This document shows, one piece after another, positions 8,453 through 17,753 of a stretch of 32,000 nucleotides of DNA. The notes beneath the pieces are model-generated. The model did no database searches and was not told where the DNA came from. It saw only the letters and a list, made by a program, of their open reading frames with translations. This DNA comes from Halomicronema hongdechloris C2206 (lineage in GTDB: Bacteria > Cyanobacteriota > Cyanobacteriia > Phormidesmidales > Phormidesmidaceae), in contig NZ_CP021983.2 of NCBI RefSeq assembly GCF_002075285.3, positions 3,750,001 to 3,782,000 of the forward strand, given 5' to 3'. The translations under genes were made by a program, and so were the position numbers. Every line of letters starts with the position of its first letter. Within the stretch, counting starts at the first letter, position 1.

Positions 8453-8590
8453 CAATTGAGTCACTTCTATGACATCAATTGACGACGAATTGTTGCATAG
8501 CTTTACAATTGGGCGTTAGTGTTTGTAGTTTTCTATACTATGGTTACGGTACCTGTATTTTGACGTCAGCTGAGTCTCTACCGTAGCGTC

Positions 8591-10480
8591 ATGATGAGTG
8601 CATCGCCGGGTAGCTCTAGGCAGCAAACACGTCAGCAGACGGGGACAGACTCACCGGCAGCATCGACAACATTGCTGCGCAGCCCCACCCCGGCCGGCAG
8701 GTACTCATTCGAGTCCAGAACAAGACAACTGACCCCTGGCGTGGAAGGCAAGAGTCCTGTGAGCAATCCCCGACCGACCCAGATGCGGCGTTATGATCCC
8801 GAGATCTTCGCCCGTTACTACAGTCGTCGTCCTTGGGAACTGATTTGGCGAGCAATACAGGTACTCTGGTTTCTAGGCACCTTCGCCCTACTGTTGTGGC
8901 TAGACCGTCGCTTCGGTCGCGAAGAGCAAACCAAGTTTCGACGCGCCGCCCAACTACGTCAGCTGTTGACCCGATTGGGGCCTACCTTCATTAAGGTGGG
9001 ACAAGCCCTCTCTACCCGGCCCGATCTGGTGCGCCGCGACTTCTTAGAAGAGCTGACCAAGCTACAAGATCAGCTGCCGCCCTTTGCCAATGCCGTTGCC
9101 CACGCCATTCTCGAGAAAGAGCTGGAGCATAGCCCCGGCGAAATCTACAGCTATTTTTCTGAGCAACCCATCGCTGCTGCTAGCCTGGGCCAGGTCTATC
9201 GAGCCCGTCTGTATAGCGGCGAGGAGGTCGCCGTCAAGGTACAGCGTCCCCATCTGCTGCCGGTGATTTGCCGCGACTTGGTGTTGATGCGCTGGGCGGC
9301 CGGATGGCTGCCAAAACTATTGCCCCTCAACCTGGGGCACGATCTGATCATGATCGTGGACGAGTTCGGCGGCAAACTCTTCGAAGAGATCGATTATCTG
9401 CACGAAGGCCGCAATGCCGAGAAGTTTGCCGCCAATTTTCACGACGATGAGCGGGTTAAGGTCCCAGCCATCTACTGGCGTTTCAGCAGTAGTCGGGTGT
9501 TGACCCTGGAGTGGATCAATGGGTTTAAGCTGACGGATCTAGACCGGCTGCGGCAGGCCAATCTCGATGCCGATCAGTTGATCGAGATCGGGGTGACAGC
9601 CGGGTTACAGCAACTGTTAGAGTATGGCTTTTTCCATGCCGATCCCCATCCTGGCAACCTGTTTGCCATGCCCGACGGCCGCATGGCCTACATCGACTTC
9701 GGCATGATGGACCAGCTGCGGCAGGAGACCAAAGAAACCCTGGTGGATTCGGTGGTGCATCTGATCAATCAGGACTATCACCACTTGGCTGAGGATTTCG
9801 TCAAGCTGGGCTTTCTCACCCCCGACATCGACATTCACCCCATTATTCCGGCCCTAGAGGCGGTGTTGGGAGAGGCCTTGGGCTCCCAGGTGCGAGAGTT
9901 CAACTTCAAGACCATTACCGATCGGTTCTCGGAGTTGATGTATGAATATCCCTTTCGGGTGCCGGCCAGCTTTGCCCTGATCATTCGCTCGCTGGTCACC
10001 CAGGAGGGGCTGGCCCTGAGCCTCAATCCCGAGTTCAAGATCGTCGATGTGGCCTATCCTTATGTGGCTCGTCGCCTACTGACGGGGGAAACGCCTTCCC
10101 TGCGGCGACGATTGCTGGAAGTGCTGTTTAAGGATGGTCGCTTCCAGTGGCAGCGTTTGGAAAACATGATTCTGATTGCCCGCAACGACAGCAACTTCGA
10201 TATCTTGCCGACGGCTGGTTTGGGGCTGCGCTACCTGATGTCGGAGGAGGGCCAATATCTGCGGCGGCAATTGCTGCTGGCGTTGGTGGAAGACGACCGG
10301 CTCCACACAGAAGAAGTGCAGAACCTCTGGCGCTTGATTAAGGATGACCTCACCCCTGAGCGGCTTTGGGATGCTGCCTGGGATGCCCTGGCGGATTTCT
10401 CTAAGGAACAGGCGGCGGCACTGGTGCCGGCCCAGGTGGCTAGTTTGGCCGGGGCGTTTCAAGTCCCCCGGCCCCGCTGA
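8591..10480 (+). CDS. ABC1 (AarF/UbiB) atypical kinase family protein
   Basis: The motifs FIKVGQALSTRPDLV, AAASLGQVY.A....G..VAVKVQRP, FHADPHPGNL and IDFGMM are present. The true start may be internal, for example MRRYDPEIFARYY near 8783. Confidence 0.9.
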   Translation: MMSASPGSSRQQTRQQTGTDSPAASTTLLRSPTPAGRYSFESRTRQLTPGVEGKSPVSNPRPTQMRRYDPEIFARYYSRRPWELIWRAIQVLWFLGTFALLLWLDRRFGREEQTKFRRAAQLRQLLTRLGPTFIKVGQALSTRPDLVRRDFLEELTKLQDQLPPFANAVAHAILEKELEHSPGEIYSYFSEQPIAAASLGQVYRARLYSGEEVAVKVQRPHLLPVICRDLVLMRWAAGWLPKLLPLNLGHDLIMIVDEFGGKLFEEIDYLHEGRNAEKFAANFHDDERVKVPAIYWRFSSSRVLTLEWINGFKLTDLDRLRQANLDADQLIEIGVTAGLQQLLEYGFFHADPHPGNLFAMPDGRMAYIDFGMMDQLRQETKETLVDSVVHLINQDYHHLAEDFVKLGFLTPDIDIHPIIPALEAVLGEALGSQVREFNFKTITDRFSELMYEYPFRVPASFALIIRSLVTQEGLALSLNPEFKIVDVAYPYVARRLLTGETPSLRRRLLEVLFKDGRFQWQRLENMILIARNDSNFDILPTAGLGLRYLMSEEGQYLRRQLLLALVEDDRLHTEEVQNLWRLIKDDLTPERLWDAAWDALADFSKEQAAALVPAQVASLAGAFQVPRPR

Positions 10481-10527
10481 CCCCTATAATGGGTCAGTTA
10501 ATGGTTGTTCACAGTTAGGTCGTCCTT

Positions 10528-10890
10528 GTGTATCTCCAGCCTCCTTACGTGCTCTTGATTGCCGGTCTATTGAGTGCGATCGCATCGGGATCTGCCTTCA
10601 GTGCGGTGCTGCAACAGTCCCTCGAAGCCTGGTCTAAAAATCGCTCTACCCGGGTCTTGGCCGGGCTGCGCGGTCCCAAACTAAAGCTCCCCTTCTTCGG
10701 CGTTTGCACTGGGGTCTGTGTTTTCTTGGCAGCAGGGGTGCAAATCTTTGGCTTTTCCAACCGGACGGCCTTTTCCTTTGCGACTCCCATGACATTTTTC
10801 ATTGCCTGGTTAGTCTGGTCTCAGCTGATGAAAGTACTGCTGAGAATCGAGCGTGGCGGCTCCCGAGCCCTAGACATAGATGCCCCTTAA
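10528..10890 (+). CDS. Small hypothetical membrane protein (about 3 TM helices)
   Basis: The 120-aa ORF has three hydrophobic segments and a GTG start. I recognised no family. Confidence 0.45.
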   Translation: MYLQPPYVLLIAGLLSAIASGSAFSAVLQQSLEAWSKNRSTRVLAGLRGPKLKLPFFGVCTGVCVFLAAGVQIFGFSNRTAFSFATPMTFFIAWLVWSQLMKVLLRIERGGSRALDIDAP

Positions 10891-10897
10891 CTGCCCC

Positions 10898-12631
10898 TTA
10901 AAACCGGGGCACATCTTCCAGCACCTGCACTTGAATGACCTGATTGGGCTCAATGGTAATGGCCTGGGGCGACGCAGCCACGGTGGTAGCCGCCCCCAGG
11001 ACTGCCCCGCCGATGAGTCCCAGGCCGCCGAAGCCAGACAGTACAGTCGTGGCTAGGGCGCCAATGCCGGAATTGACCGCCACATTGCTACCGGAGATCT
11101 GGGGACTGCCCACTAACAGGCCAGAGACCGCCGACAACGGCAGGTTACGGGTACCGATGGCCAAGGTCTGGGTAACGAAACGATAGCTGCCACCGTGGGG
11201 TTCGAAGCGACCAATCACCTGACTGCCAGTCGGGGCCAATACCGCCCCTGTGTGAGGATCCCGCAGGTCACTGTCTAATAACAAGACGTCGTACCACGGA
11301 TCGCTCTGGTTGAGTTCCAGGCGCTGGCTGGCCGGATAGCGCAGGGTCAAAACCGTCCCCGCTGGAATCGCCACATCCTCGGGAACAGCAGTCGCCTGGG
11401 CAATGGCTGGGGCCTCGGCAGTTGTTGCTGGAAGCGGTTGGCCGAAGGGCACGGGCGTGGCGGCGGTCGTCGCTGCCGGCGGCGATGAGGGCGGCGGCGG
11501 TGTGCCCACGGCAGGCGTGGCTGTCGCTGTGGGGGCCTCAATAAACGGCGGGGCGGTCACCGTCGCATCGTCCTCGGGGGGAGCAGAAGCCGCGGTCGAC
11601 TCTGCCGCCGGGGTTGGCCGGGGCGTAGGCTCAGGGACAGCGGCTTCTGTGGCCCCTGGTGTGGGCTCTGGCACCTCGATGGATGCATCACTGGTTGTGA
11701 CGGGTGTCTCGGCTGGCGCCGTCTGCTCGACTGGCTCACGGGACTCCAGGGGAGGCACCCTGACTTGGGTTGGCGCTGCCGCAGACTCATCGATTGATGG
11801 CACGCGGACTGGGGCTGTAGCTCCCCCATCTAGGCTGAAGGGGTCGACAGGTAGGCTATCGCTGTTGGCCTCAGAGCGGCTCTCGGTGGGCAACCGTAAA
11901 CTGGCCGCCGAGGTGCTGACATCATCGACACCTGGACGGGAGCTGTTGGGGGCTGAGGTCTCCGCCGCAGAGGATCCATCCCCGGGGTCAGAAGATAGCG
12001 TCTCTGCTGGTGCCGTCGGGGTCTCACCAACGGGGTCTGCAGTAGCTGGGGCCGGCTCTGGCTCTGGGGCCGCTTCCGGTGCTGGGGTCGGCTCTAGGGA
12101 ATCACTAGGGGCAGTATCTGCAGGTGTCGGCGAGGGAATGGCTGGCTGCGAAGACGGCTGACGGGCAATGGCGCTCGAGTCTGCCAGTAATGGGGTCAGG
12201 GTCCAACGGGTCTGCTCCCCGCGAGGCACCGAGGTGAGTTGGGCATGGCGGGGATCGAGGACGGTGCCGGGGGCAAACTCAATGACGATGCGGCTGGAGT
12301 TGTCGTCAAACTGAGCCGCCCGCACGGAACGAATGGGGCCGTCATCGTATTGCTGCACCCCAGGTTGGCTCAGCTCAGTCTGAGGGATATCGAGCACCAG
12401 CCGTGCCGGTTCCGCCAACAGGGAATAGCGGGGTGTAATCCCACTGGGCAGGGTGAGCCGTAATTGGCGACTGCTGGGATCGAAGCTCCAGGTCACCGAT
12501 GCGGCTGCCTGCCCCGGCAATACCACAATCAGGGGGGCCGCCGTTGCGATCGCAAGCCCTAAGGGCAAACCGCCGCCCCCGAGAAGCCAGGTAAGCAGCC
12601 AGAGACTACTGTGCCGTGCCGCATGGGTCAT
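10898..12631 (-). CDS. AMIN-domain envelope protein with a long Pro/Ala/Thr/Glu-rich linker
   Basis: A signal-like N-terminus is followed by an AMIN-type block (LRLTLPSGITPRYSLLAEPARLVLDIPQTEL...IRSVRAAQFDDNSSRIVIEF). Next come about 270 aa of low complexity and a conserved-looking C-terminal beta-rich domain. Confidence 0.7.
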   Translation of the reverse strand: MTHAARHSSLWLLTWLLGGGGLPLGLAIATAAPLIVVLPGQAAASVTWSFDPSSRQLRLTLPSGITPRYSLLAEPARLVLDIPQTELSQPGVQQYDDGPIRSVRAAQFDDNSSRIVIEFAPGTVLDPRHAQLTSVPRGEQTRWTLTPLLADSSAIARQPSSQPAIPSPTPADTAPSDSLEPTPAPEAAPEPEPAPATADPVGETPTAPAETLSSDPGDGSSAAETSAPNSSRPGVDDVSTSAASLRLPTESRSEANSDSLPVDPFSLDGGATAPVRVPSIDESAAAPTQVRVPPLESREPVEQTAPAETPVTTSDASIEVPEPTPGATEAAVPEPTPRPTPAAESTAASAPPEDDATVTAPPFIEAPTATATPAVGTPPPPSSPPAATTAATPVPFGQPLPATTAEAPAIAQATAVPEDVAIPAGTVLTLRYPASQRLELNQSDPWYDVLLLDSDLRDPHTGAVLAPTGSQVIGRFEPHGGSYRFVTQTLAIGTRNLPLSAVSGLLVGSPQISGSNVAVNSGIGALATTVLSGFGGLGLIGGAVLGAATTVAASPQAITIEPNQVIQVQVLEDVPRF

Positions 12632-12836
12632 GATGGTACTCCCGGGATAGTCAATTCCCTGTGATCTCGCCTACAGGATACGTCCAACCGCCGCACTTGC
12701 GTCCCGCTGCCAGGTCTTTTTAGCCAATTTTGCCGGGGAAACGGGATTTTTTTATATTTGTTAATGATACTCACATCCTGTCCGTCAGGGACCCGCTATA
12801 GTTCTGTACTCTGAAAGAGGCATCCATATTCCCCCT

Positions 12837-12880
12837 TGACGAATGACCTGATGAATGACCTGATGAATGACCTGATGAAT
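12837..12880. repeat. 12-bp tandem repeat, about 3.7 copies (TGATGAATGACC)
   Basis: The copies read tgacgaatgacc / tgatgaatgacc / tgatgaatgacc / tgatgaat. The array lies directly upstream of the AGGAG Shine-Dalgarno (12883-12887) of the thioredoxin-fold gene. It is full of TGA codons on the plus strand. Confidence 0.9.
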
Positions 12881-12894
12881 TAGGAGAACATGCC

Positions 12895-13476
12895 ATGGCC
12901 ATGGTTGAGTCCACCATGCTGGAGTTGGGTACCCCAGCCCCAGCCTTTGCCTTACCCGATGTGGTATCGGGGCAGACCATCACCCTAGACGACGTTGCCA
13001 AGGACAAAGCGGCCCTATTGGTGATGTTCATCTGCCAGCACTGTCCCTTCGTCCAGCACGTCAAGCAAGAGCTGGCCCGTTTCGGCCATGACTATGGCGA
13101 TCGGGTGGGCATCGTCGCCATTAGTGCCAACAATGTCGACACTCATCCCCAAGACGCGCCAGACTATCTCAAGGCCATGGCCGAGAGCCTAGGCTTTACC
13201 TTCCCCTTCTGCTACGACGAAAGCCAGGCCGTGGCCAAAGCCTACACCGCCGCCTGCACCCCAGATTTCTTCCTCTTCGATGGCAATCGCCGCCTGGTGT
13301 ATCGCGGTCAGCTCGACGATAGCCGCCCCAGCAATGGCGTCCCGGTTACTGGTAAAGATCTACGGGCCGCTCTGGAGACCACCCTCAAGGGGGAGACGGT
13401 GCCAGCGGTGCAAAAGCCCAGCGTCGGCTGCAACATCAAGTGGAAACCCGGTAACGAACCGCCCTATTTCGGCTAA
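12895..13476 (+). CDS. Thioredoxin-fold thiol-disulfide oxidoreductase (AhpC/TSA-like, CxxC)
   Basis: FICQHCPFV supplies the CxxC motif. TPDFFLFD and YRGQLDDSRP are typical of this thioredoxin-like family. The SD AGGAG lies 7 nt upstream. Confidence 0.85.
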   Translation: MAMVESTMLELGTPAPAFALPDVVSGQTITLDDVAKDKAALLVMFICQHCPFVQHVKQELARFGHDYGDRVGIVAISANNVDTHPQDAPDYLKAMAESLGFTFPFCYDESQAVAKAYTAACTPDFFLFDGNRRLVYRGQLDDSRPSNGVPVTGKDLRAALETTLKGETVPAVQKPSVGCNIKWKPGNEPPYFG

Positions 13477-13483
13477 CCCGCCG

Positions 13484-14128
13484 CTAGCTGCCGTCGATGC
13501 TGAGGGGATCCTCGCCGCCATTCAGATAGACCATGGAGTTAATGATCTGCACCGCCTCGTCAGGGGTGATGTCTTGGCAGGCGGCCTGTCCCTGCAGGCG
13601 CTCGTTGATATAGGCAGCTCCCACCAAGCGATAGAGCCCTGCTTCTCCCCTTAACCAATCACTCCTCAGTTGAGATGCTGCCGGAGCCTGGCTGTAATGC
13701 AGTTGATACTCTCCGTTGGCAAACTGGGGCGGCTGTAACGGCAGCGTTTGGCTAGCCCCCGCGGGATTGTTGCCCGCGGGGGCAAATTCGATGGCAAAGC
13801 AGCGATCACGGTTATCCCGATAGATCAGTAAATAGTAGGGCGGTGCCGGCCGACTCTCCACCGCCACCAAAGACATCTCTGCCGGTAGGCTAGTGGGCAC
13901 GGCAATGGGTACCCCCAAGCTATCCAGTTGCTGCTTGACGGCAGGAGAGAGCTGGGCCAGAAACGCCCCCTGGGGTGGCGGTGGCGGTGCAGCAGTAGTG
14001 GGTGGCGCAGTTTCGGAGGAGAGCTCTGCCTGCGGAGTCGCCTCACAGCCCGTCAGCATCAACACAATTGCCGCCGTCATGGCCCCGACCAAGGGCCCTT
14101 GCTTATGGCAACGGCATGACTTTAGCAT
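13484..14128 (-). CDS. Hypothetical lipoprotein
   Basis: A lipobox-like IVLMLTGC follows a hydrophobic signal and is followed by a Pro-rich linker. I recognised no family. Confidence 0.55.
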   Translation of the reverse strand: MLKSCRCHKQGPLVGAMTAAIVLMLTGCEATPQAELSSETAPPTTAAPPPPPQGAFLAQLSPAVKQQLDSLGVPIAVPTSLPAEMSLVAVESRPAPPYYLLIYRDNRDRCFAIEFAPAGNNPAGASQTLPLQPPQFANGEYQLHYSQAPAASQLRSDWLRGEAGLYRLVGAAYINERLQGQAACQDITPDEAVQIINSMVYLNGGEDPLSIDGS

Positions 14129-14226
14129 CGGTAGGAACTGATATCCGACAGGCTGTGCTCCTAGGATACCTAGGGAAGACTCAGGAGTTTCAGGGAGCGC
14201 TTATGCACGTTAGGCAATCCATAAGG

Positions 14227-15900
14227 TTAGCGATAGAAGCTGACCTTGTGGGGCTTGCCGCTGTGAGGGGTATTGCGATTGACCAGGTCCGATAGGGTGC
14301 TGGTGGTCTGGATGATCTCCCAGCCCACCGGGGATAAGGTCTGTTCATTAAACACGTTCTCTGCCAGCAAGGGATTGGTCAAGGCCTGAGAGAAGGCATC
14401 AATGCCCACCAGGCGACCAATCAGGGGAGACAGGGCCGAATTGTCCCGTACATCTTCGGCATAGAGCCCCACGTAAAACTCGACCTTGTCGACCTCACCA
14501 TATAACTCTTGCAACAGCATCTGGGTGGTGGCATCGCCAGTGATCTGGTTGAAGCGGGTTACCCTGGGATAGCCGCACATCTCCCGATAGTCGTTATAGC
14601 TAGCCATCTGGGCCGCTCGCCCCAAGCGGATGCTAGCTAGTTCCGTAGGCGCCACCAGAAAGTCATCGGTATTGAACAGGCCAATGCGACTAGAGGGTTG
14701 AGACGACGCCTCCTCAAATAATGCTCCTAAGCCCCGATCTATCAGCAGTTGATTGTTCCACAGGCTCGATTCCATTGCCACCTGCTTGTTGTCATAGAGA
14801 AAGCTATCGGGTAAGGCACTGTGCCAGCGATAGACCAGACTAAATTCCATCGTCATCCAGTTGGTGCGATACCACTTTTCGTGGGAAAAGGCGGGGGGAT
14901 CGACAAAGAAGTTGAAGTGGTAGGGCGTGATGTGATTGATGTATTCCTCCACCACAATTTTCATGATCTCGACCATGAGAATATTTCTGGCCGTTTGGAA
15001 GAGCCGTTCGTCATCCCAAGCGGGATAGTGCTGCGCCAGCACCTCACACAGGCGATTGTGTTCCCGTAAACAGAGCACATTGAGCATGACATAACCAATC
15101 TGGATATTGGCCCGCTCGACGCCCATGGCAAATAACTTGGCCTTCAGCGGCCAGTCGAGTCTCTTCTCATCGTTAAGGGGCTCATACAGGCCCTTAAATT
15201 CTGGTTTGACGCTGCCCTGCTTCGGATCTTCGTAGTAAAACAGGGGATATTCTTCGCCATTGAGCCGCTGGCTTTTGAGTTTCCCGCCCTGGAAGGCTCT
15301 GAGTTTGTGGGTTGCTTCTCGAGTCAGCCCATAGACCTGACAGAGATCGATGTGGTGGTTGGAGGTATTCTTCAACCAGTCATCGCGGTCCTTGCGCAGG
15401 AATCCATCCGTAAACCACTGCACCCAGTAGGGAAACAGCAGGGTTGACTTTTCTGAGGGAATGGTGATGGCATTGCCCTCGGCATCTCGCCGCTTCTTAA
15501 ACAAGACCGCCAGATCTTCCAGCTCAGGCAGATTCCCGTCCCGGTTGAACTCTGGATCGGGGGGCAGGTGGCGTCCGGTGTAGCTGCGATCGATGAGGGA
15601 GTCCCAAGAGGTATAGGTATCCGTCTTTTTAGGCAGTCCTTGGTCTGGCACGTACCCCGGCAAGGATTGAAACTGCTCATCCGCTGTATCTGGGACGAAC
15701 GGATCCAGGGTCATCAAGCTAAAGGCATAGGGCCGAGTCGGCGCTTTATAGATGGCACTGTTGATCAAAACCTTATTCACCTTGCGGTTGAGAAAGCGAA
15801 TCTGCTGAATCAACGCCCACAGGACCCTAAAGTTTGTTAAGAGAAATGTCTGCAGTTTGTTGCCGAAGCCATCCCTAGATGTGTCCCGTCTTGGCGCCAT
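14227..15900 (-). CDS. Haem peroxidase-superfamily fatty-acid dioxygenase (cyclooxygenase / alpha-dioxygenase / linoleate diol synthase-like)
   Basis: Three blocks support the call:
- HHIDLCQVYG (peroxidase/COX-type block)
- EFSLVYRWHSALPD (codons at 14821-14832), which carries the Tyr-Arg-Trp-His motif; this supplies the catalytic Tyr and proximal His in fungal LDS/Ppo and related dioxygenases
- NDYREMCG and VEFYVGLYAE, C-terminal blocks like those of COX/DOX
The SD GGGAGG lies upstream of the ATG. Confidence 0.8.
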   Translation of the reverse strand: MAPRRDTSRDGFGNKLQTFLLTNFRVLWALIQQIRFLNRKVNKVLINSAIYKAPTRPYAFSLMTLDPFVPDTADEQFQSLPGYVPDQGLPKKTDTYTSWDSLIDRSYTGRHLPPDPEFNRDGNLPELEDLAVLFKKRRDAEGNAITIPSEKSTLLFPYWVQWFTDGFLRKDRDDWLKNTSNHHIDLCQVYGLTREATHKLRAFQGGKLKSQRLNGEEYPLFYYEDPKQGSVKPEFKGLYEPLNDEKRLDWPLKAKLFAMGVERANIQIGYVMLNVLCLREHNRLCEVLAQHYPAWDDERLFQTARNILMVEIMKIVVEEYINHITPYHFNFFVDPPAFSHEKWYRTNWMTMEFSLVYRWHSALPDSFLYDNKQVAMESSLWNNQLLIDRGLGALFEEASSQPSSRIGLFNTDDFLVAPTELASIRLGRAAQMASYNDYREMCGYPRVTRFNQITGDATTQMLLQELYGEVDKVEFYVGLYAEDVRDNSALSPLIGRLVGIDAFSQALTNPLLAENVFNEQTLSPVGWEIIQTTSTLSDLVNRNTPHSGKPHKVSFYR

Positions 15901-16040
15901 TGCATTCAGCCTCCCTCAATCAGTGCCTACAAGTGTCTACACGTTCTAACCAGAAGTCCAGCCCCCGAACCGCAGAGAGGGTGATGACTTCAGCCCGAGG
16001 CGGCCCATAGCAGGATCCTCGATCTATCATTCCGGACACT

Positions 16041-16128
16041 GACGCCCTCAGAGGACATTTGAAAACTCGACTGAAAGTCCTGCAGGGTAAGCGTTTTAGA
16101 GCGTATGGCTCTGTTAGCCAGAATCCAG
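16041..16128. repeat. 88-bp intergenic repeat, copy 1 (upstream of the dioxygenase gene)
   Basis: 81 of 88 positions are identical to 17645-17732, in the same orientation. It lies in the spacer between the P450 and dioxygenase genes. Confidence 0.9.
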
Positions 16129-16194
16129 TCTGGAGCAAGGTTGCAGGGTACTTTCCAAATATCCTCTCAGGTAGCTTCCTATAGCTGTCCGACA

Positions 16195-17607
16195 TCAACG
16201 GTCATAGGCGATGACAAACCGTTCTGGGAAAGGCGTGCCCTGAAAGTCAATCTTCCCAGCGTCTCCTGGCAACAAGCGTACACCCGGCCGCAATAATACC
16301 TGCTTGATCGTCTCGGGGATTTGCATCATGCCGACATACTTGCCTAAGCAAGTATGGTGACCATAGCCAAAGTGCATGTAGTGGTAAGGAAGCCGATCGA
16401 TGGAAAAGGTCTCAGGCTGGGGCAGCTCATGGGCATCAAACCCAGCCGAAGCCGTACAGGCAAACACCAAACTATTGGCAGGAATGGGCGTCTCTCTGGG
16501 CGTGCCGGCTGCTAGGACGTAATCTTGCTCACAGAGGCGAAACACCAGAGGGTTGATGGGATTGAAGCGGAGCGCTTCCCACACATAGCGATCGAACGTC
16601 TCATCATCGTTGGCCTGGGCAGCCTGCAGTGCCTCCTGCAAGATAGTGGGGGTCAAGAGAATTTGCTCTAATGCTTGCACAATCGCCTGGGATGTAGTCT
16701 CTACCGCACCGATCAACAGCCCAGCCATGTTTGTCACGATTCTCTTATCGTCAAATAAGATATCGTCGGCAAACTGCGTTTTGACCAATCGCGTAAACAC
16801 GTCATCCATGGCATTAGGCTCAGGTGGCGTACTCGATGAAGCAGATCTATTACCTGAGAACAGCTTATCCAGTAGGGCCCTCAGCAAGTCTCCAAAGGAC
16901 AAATTTTGGGGCGAGGTCTGGGTGACCTGAGCTTGTTTCTCTGCCAACAACTGGGTCAGGTAGGTCGTCATTTCTCGACCCGCTTGCACTGCTGCCTCAT
17001 GGATTTGAGGATCATTGGGTAGGTTTTTAAAGAAGTTTGTCTGGGTAGCTCGGGACCAACGATACATACTCTCTAAATCTGGCCCCGGAAAGCCAAAGTA
17101 GTCTCCACAGACGCGGACAGGGACATAGCGCCCTAACTGGCTAACCACTTCAATCTCACCAGCCTGGGCATGGTTGTCTAGGGAGGTTTTTGCAATGTCA
17201 CCGGCCATTTTTCGCACGGCAGGCAAGTCCTCTGGCTGCAACATGGTTTTCATGATGGACTTTTCTCGCCAGTTGATTTCCGTGTTATCTCTGGCCAGCA
17301 TGAAAGGCCCCTCCACCGCTGCATCCATCTTGGAGGCATAGAGTTTGACGGTGAAGACATTTTCCCGAGACAGGACTTCTTGGACGTCAGAAAACAATGT
17401 GACTAGAGTGAATTTTGGAGTCACAAAAATTGGTCGATTTTCACGAAGTTCTTGGAAGAATGGTCGCCATTCCGTCCGAATCCACTGGTTTACCAGCTGT
17501 AACTTTTCAGCCAGGCGATCCATAGGAATATTATCGTACTGTTCTAAATATGACATGATAATTGGCACCTCATAAAAGGGGATATTAGCGGCAATATAAA
17601 CCATCAT
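16195..17607 (-). CDS. Cytochrome P450
   Basis: The haem-thiolate loop is FGYGHHTCLGKYVG (Cys codon at 16348-16350). The EXXR motif is in WEALRFNP. The I-helix is AGLLIGAVETTSQ. A possible alternative start, MSYLEQ, is at 17556. Confidence 0.9.
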   Translation of the reverse strand: MMVYIAANIPFYEVPIIMSYLEQYDNIPMDRLAEKLQLVNQWIRTEWRPFFQELRENRPIFVTPKFTLVTLFSDVQEVLSRENVFTVKLYASKMDAAVEGPFMLARDNTEINWREKSIMKTMLQPEDLPAVRKMAGDIAKTSLDNHAQAGEIEVVSQLGRYVPVRVCGDYFGFPGPDLESMYRWSRATQTNFFKNLPNDPQIHEAAVQAGREMTTYLTQLLAEKQAQVTQTSPQNLSFGDLLRALLDKLFSGNRSASSSTPPEPNAMDDVFTRLVKTQFADDILFDDKRIVTNMAGLLIGAVETTSQAIVQALEQILLTPTILQEALQAAQANDDETFDRYVWEALRFNPINPLVFRLCEQDYVLAAGTPRETPIPANSLVFACTASAGFDAHELPQPETFSIDRLPYHYMHFGYGHHTCLGKYVGMMQIPETIKQVLLRPGVRLLPGDAGKIDFQGTPFPERFVIAYDR

Positions 17608-17644
17608 GGCTGTTCAAGAGAAAGCCGATTCCGTGAAACTAGAT

Positions 17645-17732
17645 GTCGCCGTCAGAGGACATTTGAAAACTCGGCTGAAAGCCCTACAGGGTAAGCGTTT
17701 TAGAGCGTATGACTCTGTTGGCCAGAATCCAG
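17645..17732. repeat. 88-bp intergenic repeat, copy 2 (upstream of the P450 gene)
   Basis: See 16041-16128. It fills most of the 146-bp spacer between the NTF2-like and P450 genes. Confidence 0.9.
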
Positions 17733-17753
17733 AAATGCAGCCAGTTCCCATTA

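Noticed and set aside
11403-12161. A 252-aa plus-strand ORF, with other long ORFs at 11347-11541, 11557-11829 and 11830-12030, inside the AMIN-domain gene.
   Set aside because: They lie antisense to, or out of frame with, a GC-rich low-complexity (P/A/T/E) coding stretch. Stop-codon depletion in such sequence produces spurious ORFs. Their Gly/Ala/Ser/Arg-rich translations have no domain features.
12771-13064. The minus-strand 97-aa ORF that translates the 12-bp tandem repeat as SGHSSGHSSGHSS. I also considered whether the repeat could be a mini-CRISPR array.
   Set aside because: The ORF overlaps the well-supported thioredoxin-fold gene in antisense. The repeat units are contiguous with no spacers and only 12 bp long, so this is a simple tandem repeat and not a CRISPR array.
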